DNA of 64,000 nucleotides, from NCBI GenBank assembly GCA_951406725.2, contig OX597829.1:16120001-16184000 (forward strand), in the 5' to 3' direction. The notes under the pieces were generated by a model. The model was not told where the DNA came from and made no database searches. It worked only from the letters and a program-made list of their open reading frames with translations. The stretch comes from Octopus vulgaris. Its lineage: Eukaryota. A program made the position numbers and the translations under genes. Shown here in pieces: positions 24,425-38,029 of this stretch (position 1 is its first letter; each line of letters opens with the position of its first letter).

Positions 24425-25384
24425 TTTACAGTATGTAAAGTATACACGAGATGGTTTCACAGGAGTTTACTGCAATCTGAGGCATTCAAAACAAGACATC
24501 AAAGTTAAATTGGATTTACTCAGTAAAACTTTTAATTTTATGATAAAATGAATAATGGATAAATATACACCATTCAAGCGCGATCGTTACCGTGCCGCCT
24601 TACTAGCACTTGTGCTGGTGTCATGTGAAATATTCAAGCGAGGTCGTCGCCAGTGCCACTGGACTGGCTCCTGTGCAGGTGGCACATAAAAAGCACCATT
24701 TGGGCATGGCTGTTGCCAGTTCCACCAAACTGGCCCTACACTCTCAGAGTGGTTGGCGTTAGGAAGGGCATCCAGCTATAGAAACTCTGCCAGATCAGAT
24801 TGGAGTTTGGTTCGCCAGGCCTCAGTCAAATCGTCCAACACAAGCTAGCATGGAAAGCAGACGTTAACTGATGATGATGATGATGATGATGATGGCAGGT
24901 AAAATAAAAGTGTAAAACTAAGTAACAAGTCTAAATCAGGAGATTCAACTCGTTAAGTATCATATGAGATAGTACAAAGCACATATGAGAGAGAGAGAGA
25001 GAGAGAGAGGAGTGAGTGAGAGTGGGAGTAAGAGATAAAGAAAGAAGGAATGGGAGTATCTTAAAACAGAGAACCCTATTAAATATATATAAAAATAAAT
25101 ATATGATGAAATAAAAAAAAATTTGTTTAGTTTCTTTCTACTTTGCAAGTTTCTCATGCAAGTTCAAATAAATTTAAAAATTTCTAACACATATACTGTC
25201 ATTAGCATAATTAATTATAATTAAATAATCATAATTAATTATGTATGTACATGTGTACATATGTGTGTGTATGTGTATATATGTATATATACACACACGC
25301 ACACACATACCTATATATATATATATATACACACACACTCATACCTATATATATATACACACACACACATACCTATATATATAT

Positions 25385-25693
25385 ATCACTGTCACCGTGA
25401 CCGACCGAGCTATCAGATGTTGCTACACATCGCTGGTCACAATGTGCTTTGCATTGTTTTAGCCTTCAAATGACGCCACCCTGCTGGCTAGACAAGCAGG
25501 CCAACAGAAGAAAGAGTGAGAGAAAGTTGTGGCGAAAGAGAACTGCAGGGATCGCCACCACCCCCTGCTGGAGCCTCATGGAGCTTTTAGGTGTTTTCAC
25601 TCAATAAACACTCACAACGCCCGGTCTGGGAATCAAAACTGCAATCCTACAACTGCGTGTCCACTGCCCTAACCACTGGGCCATTGTGCCTCC
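25385..25693 (-). mobile_element. SINE family C copy
   Basis: Reverse complement of the copies at 29623, 48538 and 58550. Confidence 0.85.
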
Positions 25694-26070
25694 ATATATA
25701 TATATACATATAATATATATATTATATATACACACACACATACATACATATTAATGCCAGCTTAGAGGGATATATTATCTGGACGGATACTGTTATGTTT
25801 CAGGTTATGGTTTAATTCAATTCGCTTTGAGCCAAGTTGGTTGAAAGACACCCTGAAGCTGCACAGAAAATTTATCCCTAGTTGCATATGCAGCTGCTCA
25901 TACTCTGTGCAGCGGAAACACATGTGGGTTGTCGTAACCATAAAAATATGCTGCATGACATGCCATAAAATAAAAGGAAATAAATCTTGAAGATGCATCA
26001 CTCTCCATAGTCTCTATCATAATTATTACATACATACATGCATGCATGCATACATACATACATACATACA

Positions 26071-26106
<36 letters not shown>

Positions 26107-26241
26107 CATACAAATATAGGGATGGTATTATTAAAATACCATCACAAGCGGTAAGCGAATTATCAGCCGTTCAGGCAAATTAACAAAATATATACATACA
26201 ATATTAGATATGTACATATATACACAAGGGTACTACATGAG

Positions 26242-26272
<31 letters not shown>

Positions 26273-26401
26273 ATAGACACACACATATGCATACACACAC
26301 ACACAAACACATATATGTGTATACATATATGAATATACATATAGAAATATATGTTTAATGTCTCTCTCTCTCTCTCTCCCCACATACACACACAAATATA
26401 T

Positions 26402-26459
<58 letters not shown>

Positions 26460-27691
26460 TATTTGGTTCTCTTTCTGAAGAATTTCTAATAGATATCTAA
26501 CATGTCTTTCCTATATGTACAATTTTGTAACCCCTATTAGTAAGTGAAACATGTGTAATGGTGATTAAATCACAGCAAGATCTTTTTCCACTCTCCTGTT
26601 TTGATACATATATGTGTGAGTGTGTATGTACACACATATATGTACACATACATATATGTACACATACATATATGTACACATACATATATGTACACATACA
26701 TACACATATAAGCACAACATTTAAATCTAAATTTATTTGCCATTTACTACCTGACCTCCATACTGGAATAGGTTGGATGAGTTGACACAACCCTGACATG
26801 TGAGAGCTTTGCATGATGCTTCAATAACTTTTGCATGTGTTCTACAGCTGGATGTTCTTGTTAACACTTTATAGATTTTGCTGGTGCTTTTTATGAGGCA
26901 CTGCTGCTAGTGAACTTGCCATAGTGGAGAGAAATCTTTGAGGGAATCATTGAAGGACAAAAGAGGTTTGTGGAAGTTGTGTGAGGTCAACCAGAGGAGT
27001 GCTGAAGAGATGGAGAAGTCATGGTTGTGAGGCAATGAGAAGAGGAAGCCAAGGATGAGGACCAGAGACTGAATGCAGTGAAAGATGTGAGGGAGAGAGA
27101 TGGTGGATCATTCCAGAGGTAGAACAAAGGGGTAGGGCACATTGTGAGAGTGGAAGAAGCATTCCAGATGAGGAGGCAGTAGAAAAGATGGAGAAAGAGA
27201 AAGAAAGTGAGAGACAGAGAAGAAGAGAAGAAGAAGAAGCATATAGAAGTGAGTGCAATGAGAGAAAGAGAGGTTTGAGGTGTCATCTTAGAAGTTTAAG
27301 GGCAGACAGTGATAGTTGTAAGCACCTGTTGCAGTCTTCTGTGAAAACACATTTAGCCAAGGGTAAATATTACCTTATATGGAAACAGATGAGGGTTAGG
27401 AACAGAAAGAGCATCTGACCAAAGAAAATTTCATCCAACCCAAGCAAGCATGGAAAAGTGGACATTAAAATAGTGATGATGATAATGTTTGTAACCAACA
27501 GTTTGCAGTCCAGTTTGCTGGACATTGTGCAGCATCTTGTCTTCTACTACAGTGCCAAATTGACCAAAGCCTTGTGTGTGGATTTGGTAAACAGAAACTT
27601 AAAGAAGCCTCTACTGTATATGTATGCTTGTATTATGTATATGCCTATGTGTGTGTTTATATATATATACATATATAAAATATATATATAT

Positions 27692-27732
<41 letters not shown>

Positions 27733-27752
27733 ACATGTATGTATAGATATAA

Positions 27753-27793
<41 letters not shown>

Positions 27794-27799
<6 letters not shown>

Positions 27800-28025
27800 C
27801 TTTACTACCCACAAGGGGCTAAACACAGAGAGGACAAACAAGGACAGACAAAGGGGTTAAGTTGATTACATCGACCCCAGTGTGTAACTGGTACTTAATT
27901 TATCGACCCCGAAAGGATGAAAGGCAAAGTCGACCTCGGTGGAATTTGAACTCAGAACGTAGCGGCAGACGAAATACGGCTATGCATTTCGCCCGGCGTG
28001 CTAACGATTCTGCCAGTTCGCTGCC
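27794..28025 (-). mobile_element. SINE family A copy
   Basis: Full length with little divergence. Confidence 0.9.
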
Positions 28026-28096
28026 ATTTAAAAAAATTTTTTTTTTTATATATATATATATAATATACATATACACCCGTGTATCTTGTTTATTTG

Positions 28097-28139
<43 letters not shown>

Positions 28140-28308
28140 ATATATATATATAGTGAGAGAGAGAGATATTCTTAGGTCTATGTTTCATATAGAAGGAATG
28201 TCCGACAAAGCAGAAAGGAAACATTTTCTTTAACTCGTTTCAAACAGTTTTGAGTAGCTCCACCTTTTTTCTCACCCCACACACCTGACCTCCTTCAACA
28301 CTAATTGG

Positions 28309-28566
28309 GTCACCTAGGTAACAGAAATTATCTTATTATTTTTCAGAACACACACACACACACACACATCCCATCACAGCAGTATGCTAAAAGAAAAAAA
28401 AAAGCTTTCCACTTCCATCTCTTGTAACACTGTAATACCCTCACCATACACACTAAACTGGTGTTATCTATTACTTGTTCAAACCCCTCCCCAAGCCTAA
28501 CACACACACACACATACATATGCACACACGCATATACCCATTAGTGGGTTCGGTTGCCAAGGTAAT
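28309..28566. promoter_or_regulatory. Pair of RFX X-box motifs in non-repeat intronic DNA
   Basis: GTCACCTAGGTAAC (28309-28322) fits GTNRCCNNRGYAAC. GTTGCCAAGGTAAT (28553-28566) has one mismatch. Confidence 0.35.
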
Positions 28567-29622
28567 GGATCTTATCAACTGGTTTTCCAGCCAACAAACG
28601 CAGTCTGGTTAATCAATACCAAAGGCAGTTTATCTCAAGACTCTTAAAAATTAGTGCACTTATACGAATGCATACGCACACATAACACACAACACATTCA
28701 CACTCACATTCTGTGTGCGTGTGTGTATGTGTGTGTGTGTGTGCACAAGCATTTGTGTATGTGTGTGTGTGCGTTGGTCCTAAATATACAATCCAATATC
28801 CGTACATTAACCCTTCACAGCGTTCAGGTTTTTCTGTCAAACATGTACGCTTATTTATTCAAATTATTTTGAAATAACCATGCGTTATCTTCGTAACTTT
28901 GACATTTCAAAAATGTAACTGTTTTATTTTTCAGACTGACATTGTAAGGTGGGTGTAAGAAGCAGGATGTGGCTAGCTCGAACAAAATGCAGGTAGAGAG
29001 AGAAAAAAAACAAAAAAAAAGGGGGGCAGATTACTTCCTTAAGACCAACATACATTCCACCTCACCTACAACCCCAACCACACCCCCACCATACACATGC
29101 TTGCATGGAAAATCAAAAAATCAAATATATATATGGTAGCGTGTGTGTGGCTGTGCGGCAAACAGCTTGCTTTTCAACCGCATGGTTTTGGGTTCAGCCT
29201 TCATATATGGCACTCTGTTAGCACCAGGACAACAAAAAAAGCCTTGTGAGTGGATTTGGCAGACAGAAACTGAAAGAGGCCCATCACATCACGCGTGTGT
29301 GTAAGTGTGTGTGTGCGTGTGTATTATTTTCTCTTATACATTTCAGCCCAAAAAACTGTGGCCATGCTGGAGCATCAACTACTTTAAAAGTGTACTGGGT
29401 ATTATTTAACTTGACACCAGTGCCGGGTATGTAACCAAGTAACTAGCAAGACAAGACCCCTGCTCCACTCAACCGAGTGGGGAATAGTATTGAAGTGGGT
29501 TGCTTTGTGCCAGGTAGTGAGAGGTTAGAGTATGACTAGAAGGACAGAAATGGGTGTATTCCTGTGATGGAGATATATGGCTACTCATTTGGAAAGATTA
29601 TAGTGAATATATAGATATATAT

Positions 29623-29937
29623 ATGAGGCACAATGGCCCAGTGGTTAGGGCAGCGGACTCGCGGTCATTAGATCGCAGTTTCGATTCCCAGACCAGGCGT
29701 TGTGAGTGTTCATTGAGTGAAAACACCTAAAAAGCTCCACTAAGCTCCGTCAGGGGGTGGTGGCGATCCCTGCTGTACTCTTTCACCTCAACTTTCTCTC
29801 ACTATTTCTTCTGTTGGCCAGCTCGCTTCGCCAGCAGGGTGGCGTCATTTGAAGGCTAAAACAATGCGAAGCGCATTGTGACCAGCGATGTGTAGCAACA
29901 TCAGATAGCCTGGTCGGTCATGGTGATCACGGTGATA
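29623..29937 (+). mobile_element. SINE family C copy
   Basis: tRNA-like head and a tail ending ggtcggtcatggtgatcacggtgat. Confidence 0.85.
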
Positions 29938-30924
29938 AGTCATCATCATCATCATTTAATGACCTCTGTCATCATCATCATCATTTAATGACCTCTGGCA
30001 TGGGTTAAATGGTTTGGCAGAAGCTGGAAAATCAGAAGACTGTACCAAGCTCTTGTGTCTGATTCGGCAAGGTTTCTACGGTTGGATGTTCTTTCTAATG
30101 CCAATCACTTTACAGAATGTACTGGGTGCTTTTTTATTAGGTACCAGCACCATCAAGGCTATAAAGTATCGTGCAAGAGTAGACCCCTACATTGAGTGGG
30201 GTGAGTAGTATTGAGGGAGGTGGCTTTGAGCCAGGTAAGGAAGGTTAGATTATGAATAAAGAGACTGGAAATAAGTGTCTAGTAGTAGAAGTGATACATG
30301 GCTACCTTAGTTGGAGAGAGAGGGGGAAGGGAGAGAAAGGAGGAAGGGAGAGAAAGGATGAAGGGAGAGAAAGAAGGAAGGGAGAGAAAATAGGAAGGGA
30401 GAGAAAGGAGGAAGGCAGAGAAAGGAGGAAGGGAGAGAAAGAATAGAGAGATAAGATGAAGATGAGATAGGGTGCCCACTCAAATTACAGGTGGGGGGTA
30501 TATAAGTGAAGTGAAACTGGGGATGGCATAGAGTGAGTGGGTGGATAAGTTCTAAGTTTAAAGGGGTAAGAAGAAGAGGAGAGATATAAAAGGTAAGATA
30601 AGGTAAAGCTACCTTTTCGTCCTGCTGACTAATAAGGGCCAGTTTCTCAGTTTCCATGGCATATATGGGATGCCAGGCCCTTGCAAGGTTACTCATTTTT
30701 GTCAGCTGATTGGACTGCAGCAACGTGAAATGAAGTGTTTTGCTCAGGAATACAATGCGTTGCCTGGTCCAGTAATCGAAACTACAATTTTACAATCATG
30801 AGTCCAACACCCTAACCACTAATCCATGCACCTTCACAGAGGAGAGATACAAGAGAGGGAAATACAGTGAGTGGCACATACATATGTGCGTGTGTATGTG
30901 TGTTTGTAGTTTTGAGAATTGTCA

Positions 30925-31770
30925 AGGCAGGAATTTCTTAATTTCAGAGAAACACAAAACCCTAATCTAGCTTCAAAGTAGGATACCCTGGCTTCAATGC
31001 ATTTGTTGTAGAGGCAACACTCCATGAAATTTATCACAACCCCATTGTAGCCCTCCTAAGTGAAGGTGTCTACAACTCTTGTCTCAGCTTCCTTCAGCCT
31101 GGGGAACACCTAAAAAGTCATGGCAAACAAGGTCTGGACTGTAGAGCAGGTGAGGCACAGTTTTGATGACTATCTCTGTCCAGTAGTTGGTTACCAAGAT
31201 GGAATTTTGGATGTTGTATTGTCCTGTTGCAGATGCCACCAACCTGAGTGGAAAAGCTCTGCCTTTTGCAAGCAAATCTTTTCCTGAATTCCTTCAGAAG
31301 CTCTAAGAATTATGCTTTGTTGAGTATCTGGAGAGAGGGAACCCAGTGGTTGTAGATGATGTCTCTTGTGGTCAAAAAAGGAGATCCTCATGAGTTTCTT
31401 GGATGACCTCATGCCTGGCTTCTTGTGCCAGCGAAATACCAATGCTTGGCCCATACAAGTTAATCCATAAGCACTTTGGAGCATTTAACAGGTTCCTATA
31501 GTGTTTTTACCCAGTTTAATAAAAAACATTAATTCATAGATAGTTTCCAAATTGCCTCAGCTTCCTAACATCATTCTTCAGACTAGTCAGCTACGACAAG
31601 CAGTATTTAGTAGGGTGCAAGTTACAGCTGCCTCCAACTGTTTCGAATACCAAAAGTTGGCATGTCAGCTTATTAAGTGTAGAGTAATGATATATCAAAA
31701 TTACAATAATCTAGGACAGTTATAACTGCATCTCCTTACAAAGTACAAAAACTTCTGGAATGCACCTTGC
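30925..31770 (-). mobile_element. Decayed mariner element
   Basis: TIR caaggtgcattccagaag at the right end and peptide IKTVPHLLYSPDLVCHDF (YSPDL motif). Same family as 38030-39123. Confidence 0.8.
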
Positions 31771-31826
31771 ACATACATACACATACACACTCTCTCACAC
31801 ATACACACAGACATATATCTATGTAC

Positions 31827-31869
<43 letters not shown>

Positions 31870-32042
31870 TATATATACACACACACATGTACATATTATA
31901 TATGTATGTACATATTTAAACTATATATATACTCATACACACTCCCACAAATACATACACATACACACTCACTCACACAAACACAGACATATATCTATAC
32001 ACACTCACACACACATGTGTATATATTATATATGTATGTATT

Positions 32043-32093
<51 letters not shown>

Positions 32094-34234
32094 TTGCATG
32101 TGTGTGTGTGTGCACGCATGTGTGTATAGATAGGTGGTATACCTACACACATTACTCTGGTTGTTAATGTCACAAATAAATTAAGTGGTCAAATGGTTAC
32201 ATTTAAAATGTCAATCAGTGGTAAATACTACTTGTTTGCCACAACACTTAATTCGACATCTTTATAGAGAAACAGAGAGAAACACTGATAGAATGGATAA
32301 TTTAATATCTGACTAGAAATTTGATATCAGACATGGAAGAATAAATAAATAAAGAAAGAAAGGAAGGAAGAAAGAATGAAAGGGGAAGAAAGAAACAGAA
32401 AGAGAGACAGAGAAAGAGGTGAGAAACAAAAGAAGAAATAACAAGAGAAAACAAAGAGACCACATTTATTTATGTTTTAATATTGTTGGCAAGAGAAGCT
32501 TGCAAAATCTAAATGTGTTTTAGAAGAGGAGGTTGTTAGAATACGGTGCTGATAGTTGAAGGATGTTGAATAGATATACTGAGTGGTTAAAAAGTTCAAT
32601 TTGTAGACAACTCACAGTTCAGGATTTGGCACTTTCTTTCTACCACCTGATTTAACATGACCACCTTGCAGAAGATTCTCAGATCTGGTCTGGAGTCGGG
32701 TGAATAAGATAACAAGTTGAGGGTTTCATTCTCTACTATTACAAAACAGCCAAAGGTGCTGCTTCTGACACACTTTGTTGACAACTCATGGTCTAGGATT
32801 TGGTATCTTCCGAAAGTGTCTTTTATTAGAGTTGCAGATCAATGATGCTTTACTTGTTGAGAGAAACTAGAGGAGAAATCTCATTAGATGGACTGTATGC
32901 TGGACTTTAAGTATCACCTGATTTAACCTTTAAATGACAGGTTAAGGCTGCCTAAGTGTGTACCAAATGTGAACAAACTAAAAATTACAGGTGGGGGGTA
33001 TATAAGTGAAGTGAAACTGGGGATAGGGTAGAGTGAGTGGGTGGATAAGTTGTAAGTTTAAGGGGTAAGAAGAAGAGGGGAGATATAAAAGGTAAGTTAC
33101 CTTTGCGTCAGGCTGACTAATAAGGGCCAGTTTCTGGTCCTTATATAAAATGATCTTTTATATTTCTATACACTTTAAATAAGTACAAAATCTATGAAAA
33201 TTTACAATCTTATTCTCAAAAAATGCTGTAAAATATTCACTTTCCTTGCATATCTGGCAGAAGCCTAAATTCATTTAAGATTCCTGCACTGTTTTTGTCA
33301 CACAAATGAAGAAAAATCTGTGCCCTCTTTCCCAACTGGAACTATGAGATTGAGAAACAAACTTCTAAATACCTGTTTATTTATTTGTGAAAGCACCATC
33401 CAAACGGGGCCAATGCCAGCGCCACCTGACTGGCTTCAGTGCCGGTGGCATGTAAAAAGCACCAACCGATCATGGCCATTGCCAGCCTCCCCTGGCACCT
33501 GTGCTGGTGGCATGTAAAAAGCACACGCTACACTCATGGAATCCAGCTGTAGAAACACTGCCAGATCAGACTGGAGCCTGGCGCAGCCTCCTGGCTTCCC
33601 AGATCCTGGTCGAACTGTCTAACCCATGCTAGCGTGGAAAACAGACATTAAACGATGATGATGATGATGATGAAAGGAGAAGTTGACACTAAGAAAGAAT
33701 TTGAGAAAGGGAAAGTGGGGTACAGGAATAAAAGGGGGGGGAGAAATGTGATGAAGAGAAAAGTTTAAGACAAAGAGTAAAATCATTCCCACCACCACCA
33801 CCACCATCACCATCATCATCATCATCACTTAAACAATATTTTCCATGCTGTTATGGGTTGGATGGTTTAACAGGTGCTGGTAAGCCAGAGAACTGCTCCA
33901 GGCCCCATTGTGTGTGTTTTGGCATGGTTCCTGCAACTGGATACCCTTCCCAATGCCAACCCCTTTAAAGAGTGTACTGAGTGTTTTATGTGTGACACTG
34001 GAATGGGTTCATTTTGCATGGCACCATCACAAATGCTTTTTACATGGCACTAACACCAGCAGGGTCACCAAGCAAACTTGCAAGACCAAACTCCTCAGCT
34101 GGGAGTTAGGAAGTAATATTGAGACTGGGGTGGTTCTGTGCTAGTAGAGAGATTAAAGGTATAGAGGTACAAGGATAGGTGTCTTGTTGTAGGGTAGATA
34201 CATGGGTGCCCCAATAAGTGATAATAGAAAGAGG

Positions 34235-34370
34235 AGAAGAAGAAGAAGAAGAAGAAGAAGAAGAAGAAGAAGAAGAAGAAGAAGAAGAAGAAGAAGAAGA
34301 AGAAGAAGAAGAAGAAGAAGAAGAAGAAGAAGAAGAAGAAGAAGAAGAAGAAGAAGAAGAAGGAGGAGGA
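34235..34370. repeat. (AAG)n microsatellite, about 40 units
   Basis: Direct reading. Confidence 0.95.
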
Positions 34371-35024
34371 GTGGGGTGAAAGAGAGAATGAATAAATAAA
34401 AAAAGAAGGAAAACACAGGATAAAAGGAAATGAAGGATTAAATGAGTTAATGAAAGCAGAAGAAAATAAGGATGATGAAAGGAAGAAAGGAAAGTGGGGA
34501 AAGAGACAAGTGAAAGAAAAGGGGAAAGTAATAGAAAAGGAGACAGACAGAGAGGAAGAAATAAAAGAGAAATAAATAAAACTGATGAAAGAGAAGAAAG
34601 ATGGAGAACTAAAGAAAGAAAGAAAAGATGAAAGAAGAAAAGATACGTTTCAAAGAAACAAGGAAAAAAAGTAACAGAGAGAGAAAGAGAGAGAGAGAGA
34701 GGATTATAAGCAATAACAGCAGTCATAACCTTGAAGCTATGCAGAGTCATTCTTAAAAAGATCTGAAGGCTTTCATCACAATACAGCTTCTACAAACCAT
34801 TTAGTCAGGTTTAACTAGTTTCTTTTTGAGTGCTTTTAAAAAACTTTTTTTTTTATTTCTTATTCTCTTTGGCTGTACAGTTAACAACAACAACAACAAC
34901 CATCACCACTATCACCATCACTATCAAGCGTCCATTTTTCCATGCCAGCAGGAGTTGGCAAATCTGAAGACTGCACTAAGCTCTACTATCTGCTTAGGCA
35001 TGACTTCTACAGCTGGTTCCACTT

Positions 35025-35445
35025 CTACAGTCAAACCAATTCTACTATATGGCTCAGAAACCTGGACGTTATCAAAGACGCTTGAGAGGCGGTTGGATGG
35101 AACCTATACTCGCCTCCTCATGAGAGCTCAAAATCTCTCGTGGAAGCGTCATCCAACCAAAGTACAAATATATGGGAAATTACCACCTGTATCATCTTTT
35201 GTAAAAGGTAGGAGAGTCCAGTTTGCTGGACATTGTTGTAGAGCTGAAAACGAGGTAATTTATACTCTTCTCCTCTGGAAGCCATCTACTTGCGATACCA
35301 GAATGCATACACTCACCTACCCTGATGTAATCTCCAGGGATACAGGCATCCAGCAACAGGACCTCCGTAATGCTATGATGGACCGTGAAGTCTGGCATAG
35401 CATAGTAAATTCCATTGTCTCGACCATGGTCAAACAATGATGATG
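35025..35445 (+). mobile_element. 5'-truncated RTE-clade LINE 3' end inserted in a family D repeat
   Basis: STVKPILLYGSETWTLSKTLERRLDGTYTRLLMRAQNLSWK...FAGHC...DREVW. Shorter tails of this family occur at about 4222-4300, 21743-21830 and 41305-41366. Confidence 0.9.
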
Positions 35446-35660
35446 ACAGCTGGATGCTCTTCCTAATGCCAAACACTTTACAAAGTGTACTGGGTGTGTT
35501 TTATGTAGCACCAGCACTATTAAGGTAAACAAGTAACTCGCAAAACAAAGATCTCTCAACTGAGTCGAAGTGTGTGATTGAGAGAGGTAGCTTCGAGCCA
35601 GCTGAAAAGAAGTTAAAAAGTATAACAGAGGGATAGAAATATGAGTTTTGCAGTAGAGTA

Positions 35661-35893
35661 GGCGGCGAGCTGGCAGAAACCCTAGTAGGCTGGGCGAAAT
35701 GTTTAGCAGTCTTTCATCTGCCGCTACGTTCCGAGTTCAAATTCCGCCAAGGTCGACTTTGCCTTTCATCCTTTCGGGGTTGATTAAATAAGTACCAGTT
35801 ACTCACTGGGGTCGATGTAATTGACTTAATCAGTTTGTCCACCCTTGTTTGTCCCTTCTGTGTTTAGCCCCTTGTGGTTAGTAAAGAAATAGG
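35661..35893 (+). mobile_element. SINE family A copy
   Basis: Full length, head first on the plus strand. Confidence 0.9.
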
Positions 35894-36066
35894 TATATGG
35901 CTACCCCATTTGAAAACATTATATTTGATATATATAGAGTATAATTGGGTTAACATCAGCATAAACCATTTAACATACTCCTTCCTTCTAACCATGGTTT
36001 GGATGATTTGATAGGAACTAGTAAGCCAAAAGTCTTCACCAGTTTCTGCTTTGGCATGGTTTCTAA

Positions 36067-36244
36067 GGTGACGGGTAATAAAGTCACAAGGGAAAAAAGT
36101 CACAGTGATAAAGTCACAATTTATGGAATCCAGACAAAACCCTCCAGAGATGAAACTCCTTTGGACACCCCACTCCTACCGACAAAACGTTTGTGATTTT
36201 TTTTCCTGTGACTTTATTATCAAGAACTTTTTGTACTTGGATTC
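36067..36244. mobile_element. Foldback/Mutator-like MITE with inverted arrays of about 15-bp aaaaagtcaca units
   Basis: Flanked by gtttctaa on both sides (8-9 bp TSD). A second copy lies inverted at 42544-42779. Confidence 0.7.
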
Positions 36245-36714
36245 AGTTTCTAAAATTGGATGTCCTTCTTAATGTTGACCACTTTACAGAGTGGGCTGGG
36301 TGCTATGTAAATAGCACCAGCACTAGTGAGGTCACCATATACCATGTAAGACAGAAGAATAGTGATGAAATAGGAAATATGCTCCCAAAACTAAGTGGGG
36401 AGTATTTGAGAGGGGAATGTAGCTTTATGGTAGGTGTTAAGAAGCTAAAATAGGACACAGGGGCAAGCACAGGTGTTTTGCAAATGAGGAGTTACATGGC
36501 TAACCCTTTTTATATATAAAAATGAGTGGGAAGTAGTCGAAAAGGAGATGCCAGCTGAGCCATCATCAGATTGCTGACATAATCCACCAGATTAATATAA
36601 AACTATTTTTGCTATAACTGGACATAATACACACAATCATTAATCTGTGTGTGTGTGTGTGTGTGTGTGAGTGTATGTGAAAAGAAATGCAAAAAAAAAC
36701 AAAAAAACTTAACT

Positions 36715-37130
36715 ACATTCATCTGACATGCCTGTGAAAAGTTCTTAACATTAGGAGACGGGATAAAACTCCTAATACATCTGTGCTCAAGAGAGCTAAT
36801 CTGTCATGGCTGTATACTTTACGGAGCAAATTCCAGCTGTGATGGGGGGTGGATATGTGACATACATGCCTAACTCCAGACTCCCCATATGAATTTTTTT
36901 GTGAACTAGGAGCTGGTTCTCAGTTATGTAATGCACCAAAGAAGTGATACAATGACATGCTCACAACAACCTTGAAAACATGTGGCTTAAAACAGTCTCC
37001 ATGGGAACACTTTGCTCAGGATTGTCCATTGTGGCATAGTGATCTATACTGTGTACTCTGGTGTACAGTGTTGAGTCTGATATGACCCAAGAAGCTAAAG
37101 AGTGTAAAGCTGCACAAAAAGCAATGCAAT
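36715..37130 (+). mobile_element. Decayed RTE/BovB-like ORF 3' fragment
   Basis: HLTCL*KVLNIRRRDKTPNTSVLKRANL...MPNSRLP...YNDMLTTTLKTCGL..WEHFAQD. Confidence 0.8.
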
Positions 37131-37202
37131 TTAGCTGAGGTAATCATCTAGAGTTATTATCTCTGCAACTACTTCTCGTACACAATTCATATATTTTTGC
37201 TT

Positions 37203-37426
37203 TTAACCCTTTAGTGTTTAAACCGGCCATATCCAGCCCAAATATTCTGTTTTATATTCAAACTGGCGATATTTGGCTTCTCACACCTAATCTACATTGA
37301 CATTCTACAAGTAAACAATCACATCATTGAAACCTCAAAGCTATAAGATAATGCATGATTAATTAAAAACAATTTGAGTAAAAAAATATTACATTTAACA
37401 GAGTAATCTGAACACTAAAGGGTTAA
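37203..37426. mobile_element. piggyBac-type MITE, second family
   Basis: TTAA|ccctttagtgtt ... aacactaaaggg|TTAA. Other copies at 62520-62742 and, split by nested inserts, 40687-41379. Confidence 0.85.
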
Positions 37427-37464
37427 ACATAGAAATTCCATATGAAATAATATCTATGGACAAA

Positions 37465-37585
37465 TACTGCAGGAACACTGGCACCCCAGGCTAAAGAAGG
37501 TCTTCACCCACGAAAGGTGCTGTTATCTGTTTGGTGGGATATGAAAGGTTTAGTCCACTTTGAACTTCTAAACCCAACCGAATCA
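37465..37585 (+). pseudogene. mariner transposase fragment
   Basis: APQAKEGLHPRKVLLSVWWDMKGLVHFELL matches the mariner motif LHPKKVMLSVWWD..G..YELL. Confidence 0.8.
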
Positions 37586-37753
37586 TTTTATCAAGATTAC
37601 TTTATAATTTTGAGAGAGGAGAAAGATATTTGATGCATAGATCACTAAAGTTTATTGATCTATTATAGTATCCTTGTTTTTAATACTAGTCTACATATGC
37701 TAAAGACTAACAAACTGTTTTATTTACCACAATTGATTGGATCCTACTACATT

Positions 37754-37980
37754 CTTCTTCTTCTTACAGCATTCACCCGGGGTGGGTTGAGCTGGCTTCA
37801 TTCATCCTCAATGCTGCATCTCTCACAAACGCCGACCAGGCCTGGCAATTTGAGGCTAACAACCGCATGATCTCCAACCACTCCTTATTCCAGCGGCAAA
37901 CGCCATAGATATGGGGGCCTAGGTTGGGTTCCAGATCAGCCTTGACTGTCAACAGCCAGGTTTTTCGTTGTCCAACGAAA
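37754..37980 (-). mobile_element. 5'-truncated RTE LINE (third lineage) with a perfect 13-bp TSD
   Basis: GQRKTWLLTVKADLEPNLGPHIYGVCRWNKEWLEIMRLLASNCQAWSAFVRDAALRMNEASSTHPG* with an (AAG)n tail. TSD atcctactacatt at 37741-37753 and 37981-37993. Confidence 0.85.
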
Positions 37981-38029
37981 ATCCTACTACATTAATACAC
38001 ACACACCCATTAATACACACAGACACACA

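Noticed and set aside
29623-29700. tRNA genes at SINE heads
   Set aside because: A and B boxes are present, but each continues into a SINE body and tail with no complete cloverleaf.
34106-34750. 214-aa ORF and poly-Arg/Leu ORFs
   Set aside because: Produced by an (AAG)n tract and purine-rich low-complexity sequence.
34826-35440. 204-aa ORF as a host gene
   Set aside because: A chance fusion of microsatellite, family D repeat and a truncated RTE 3' end.
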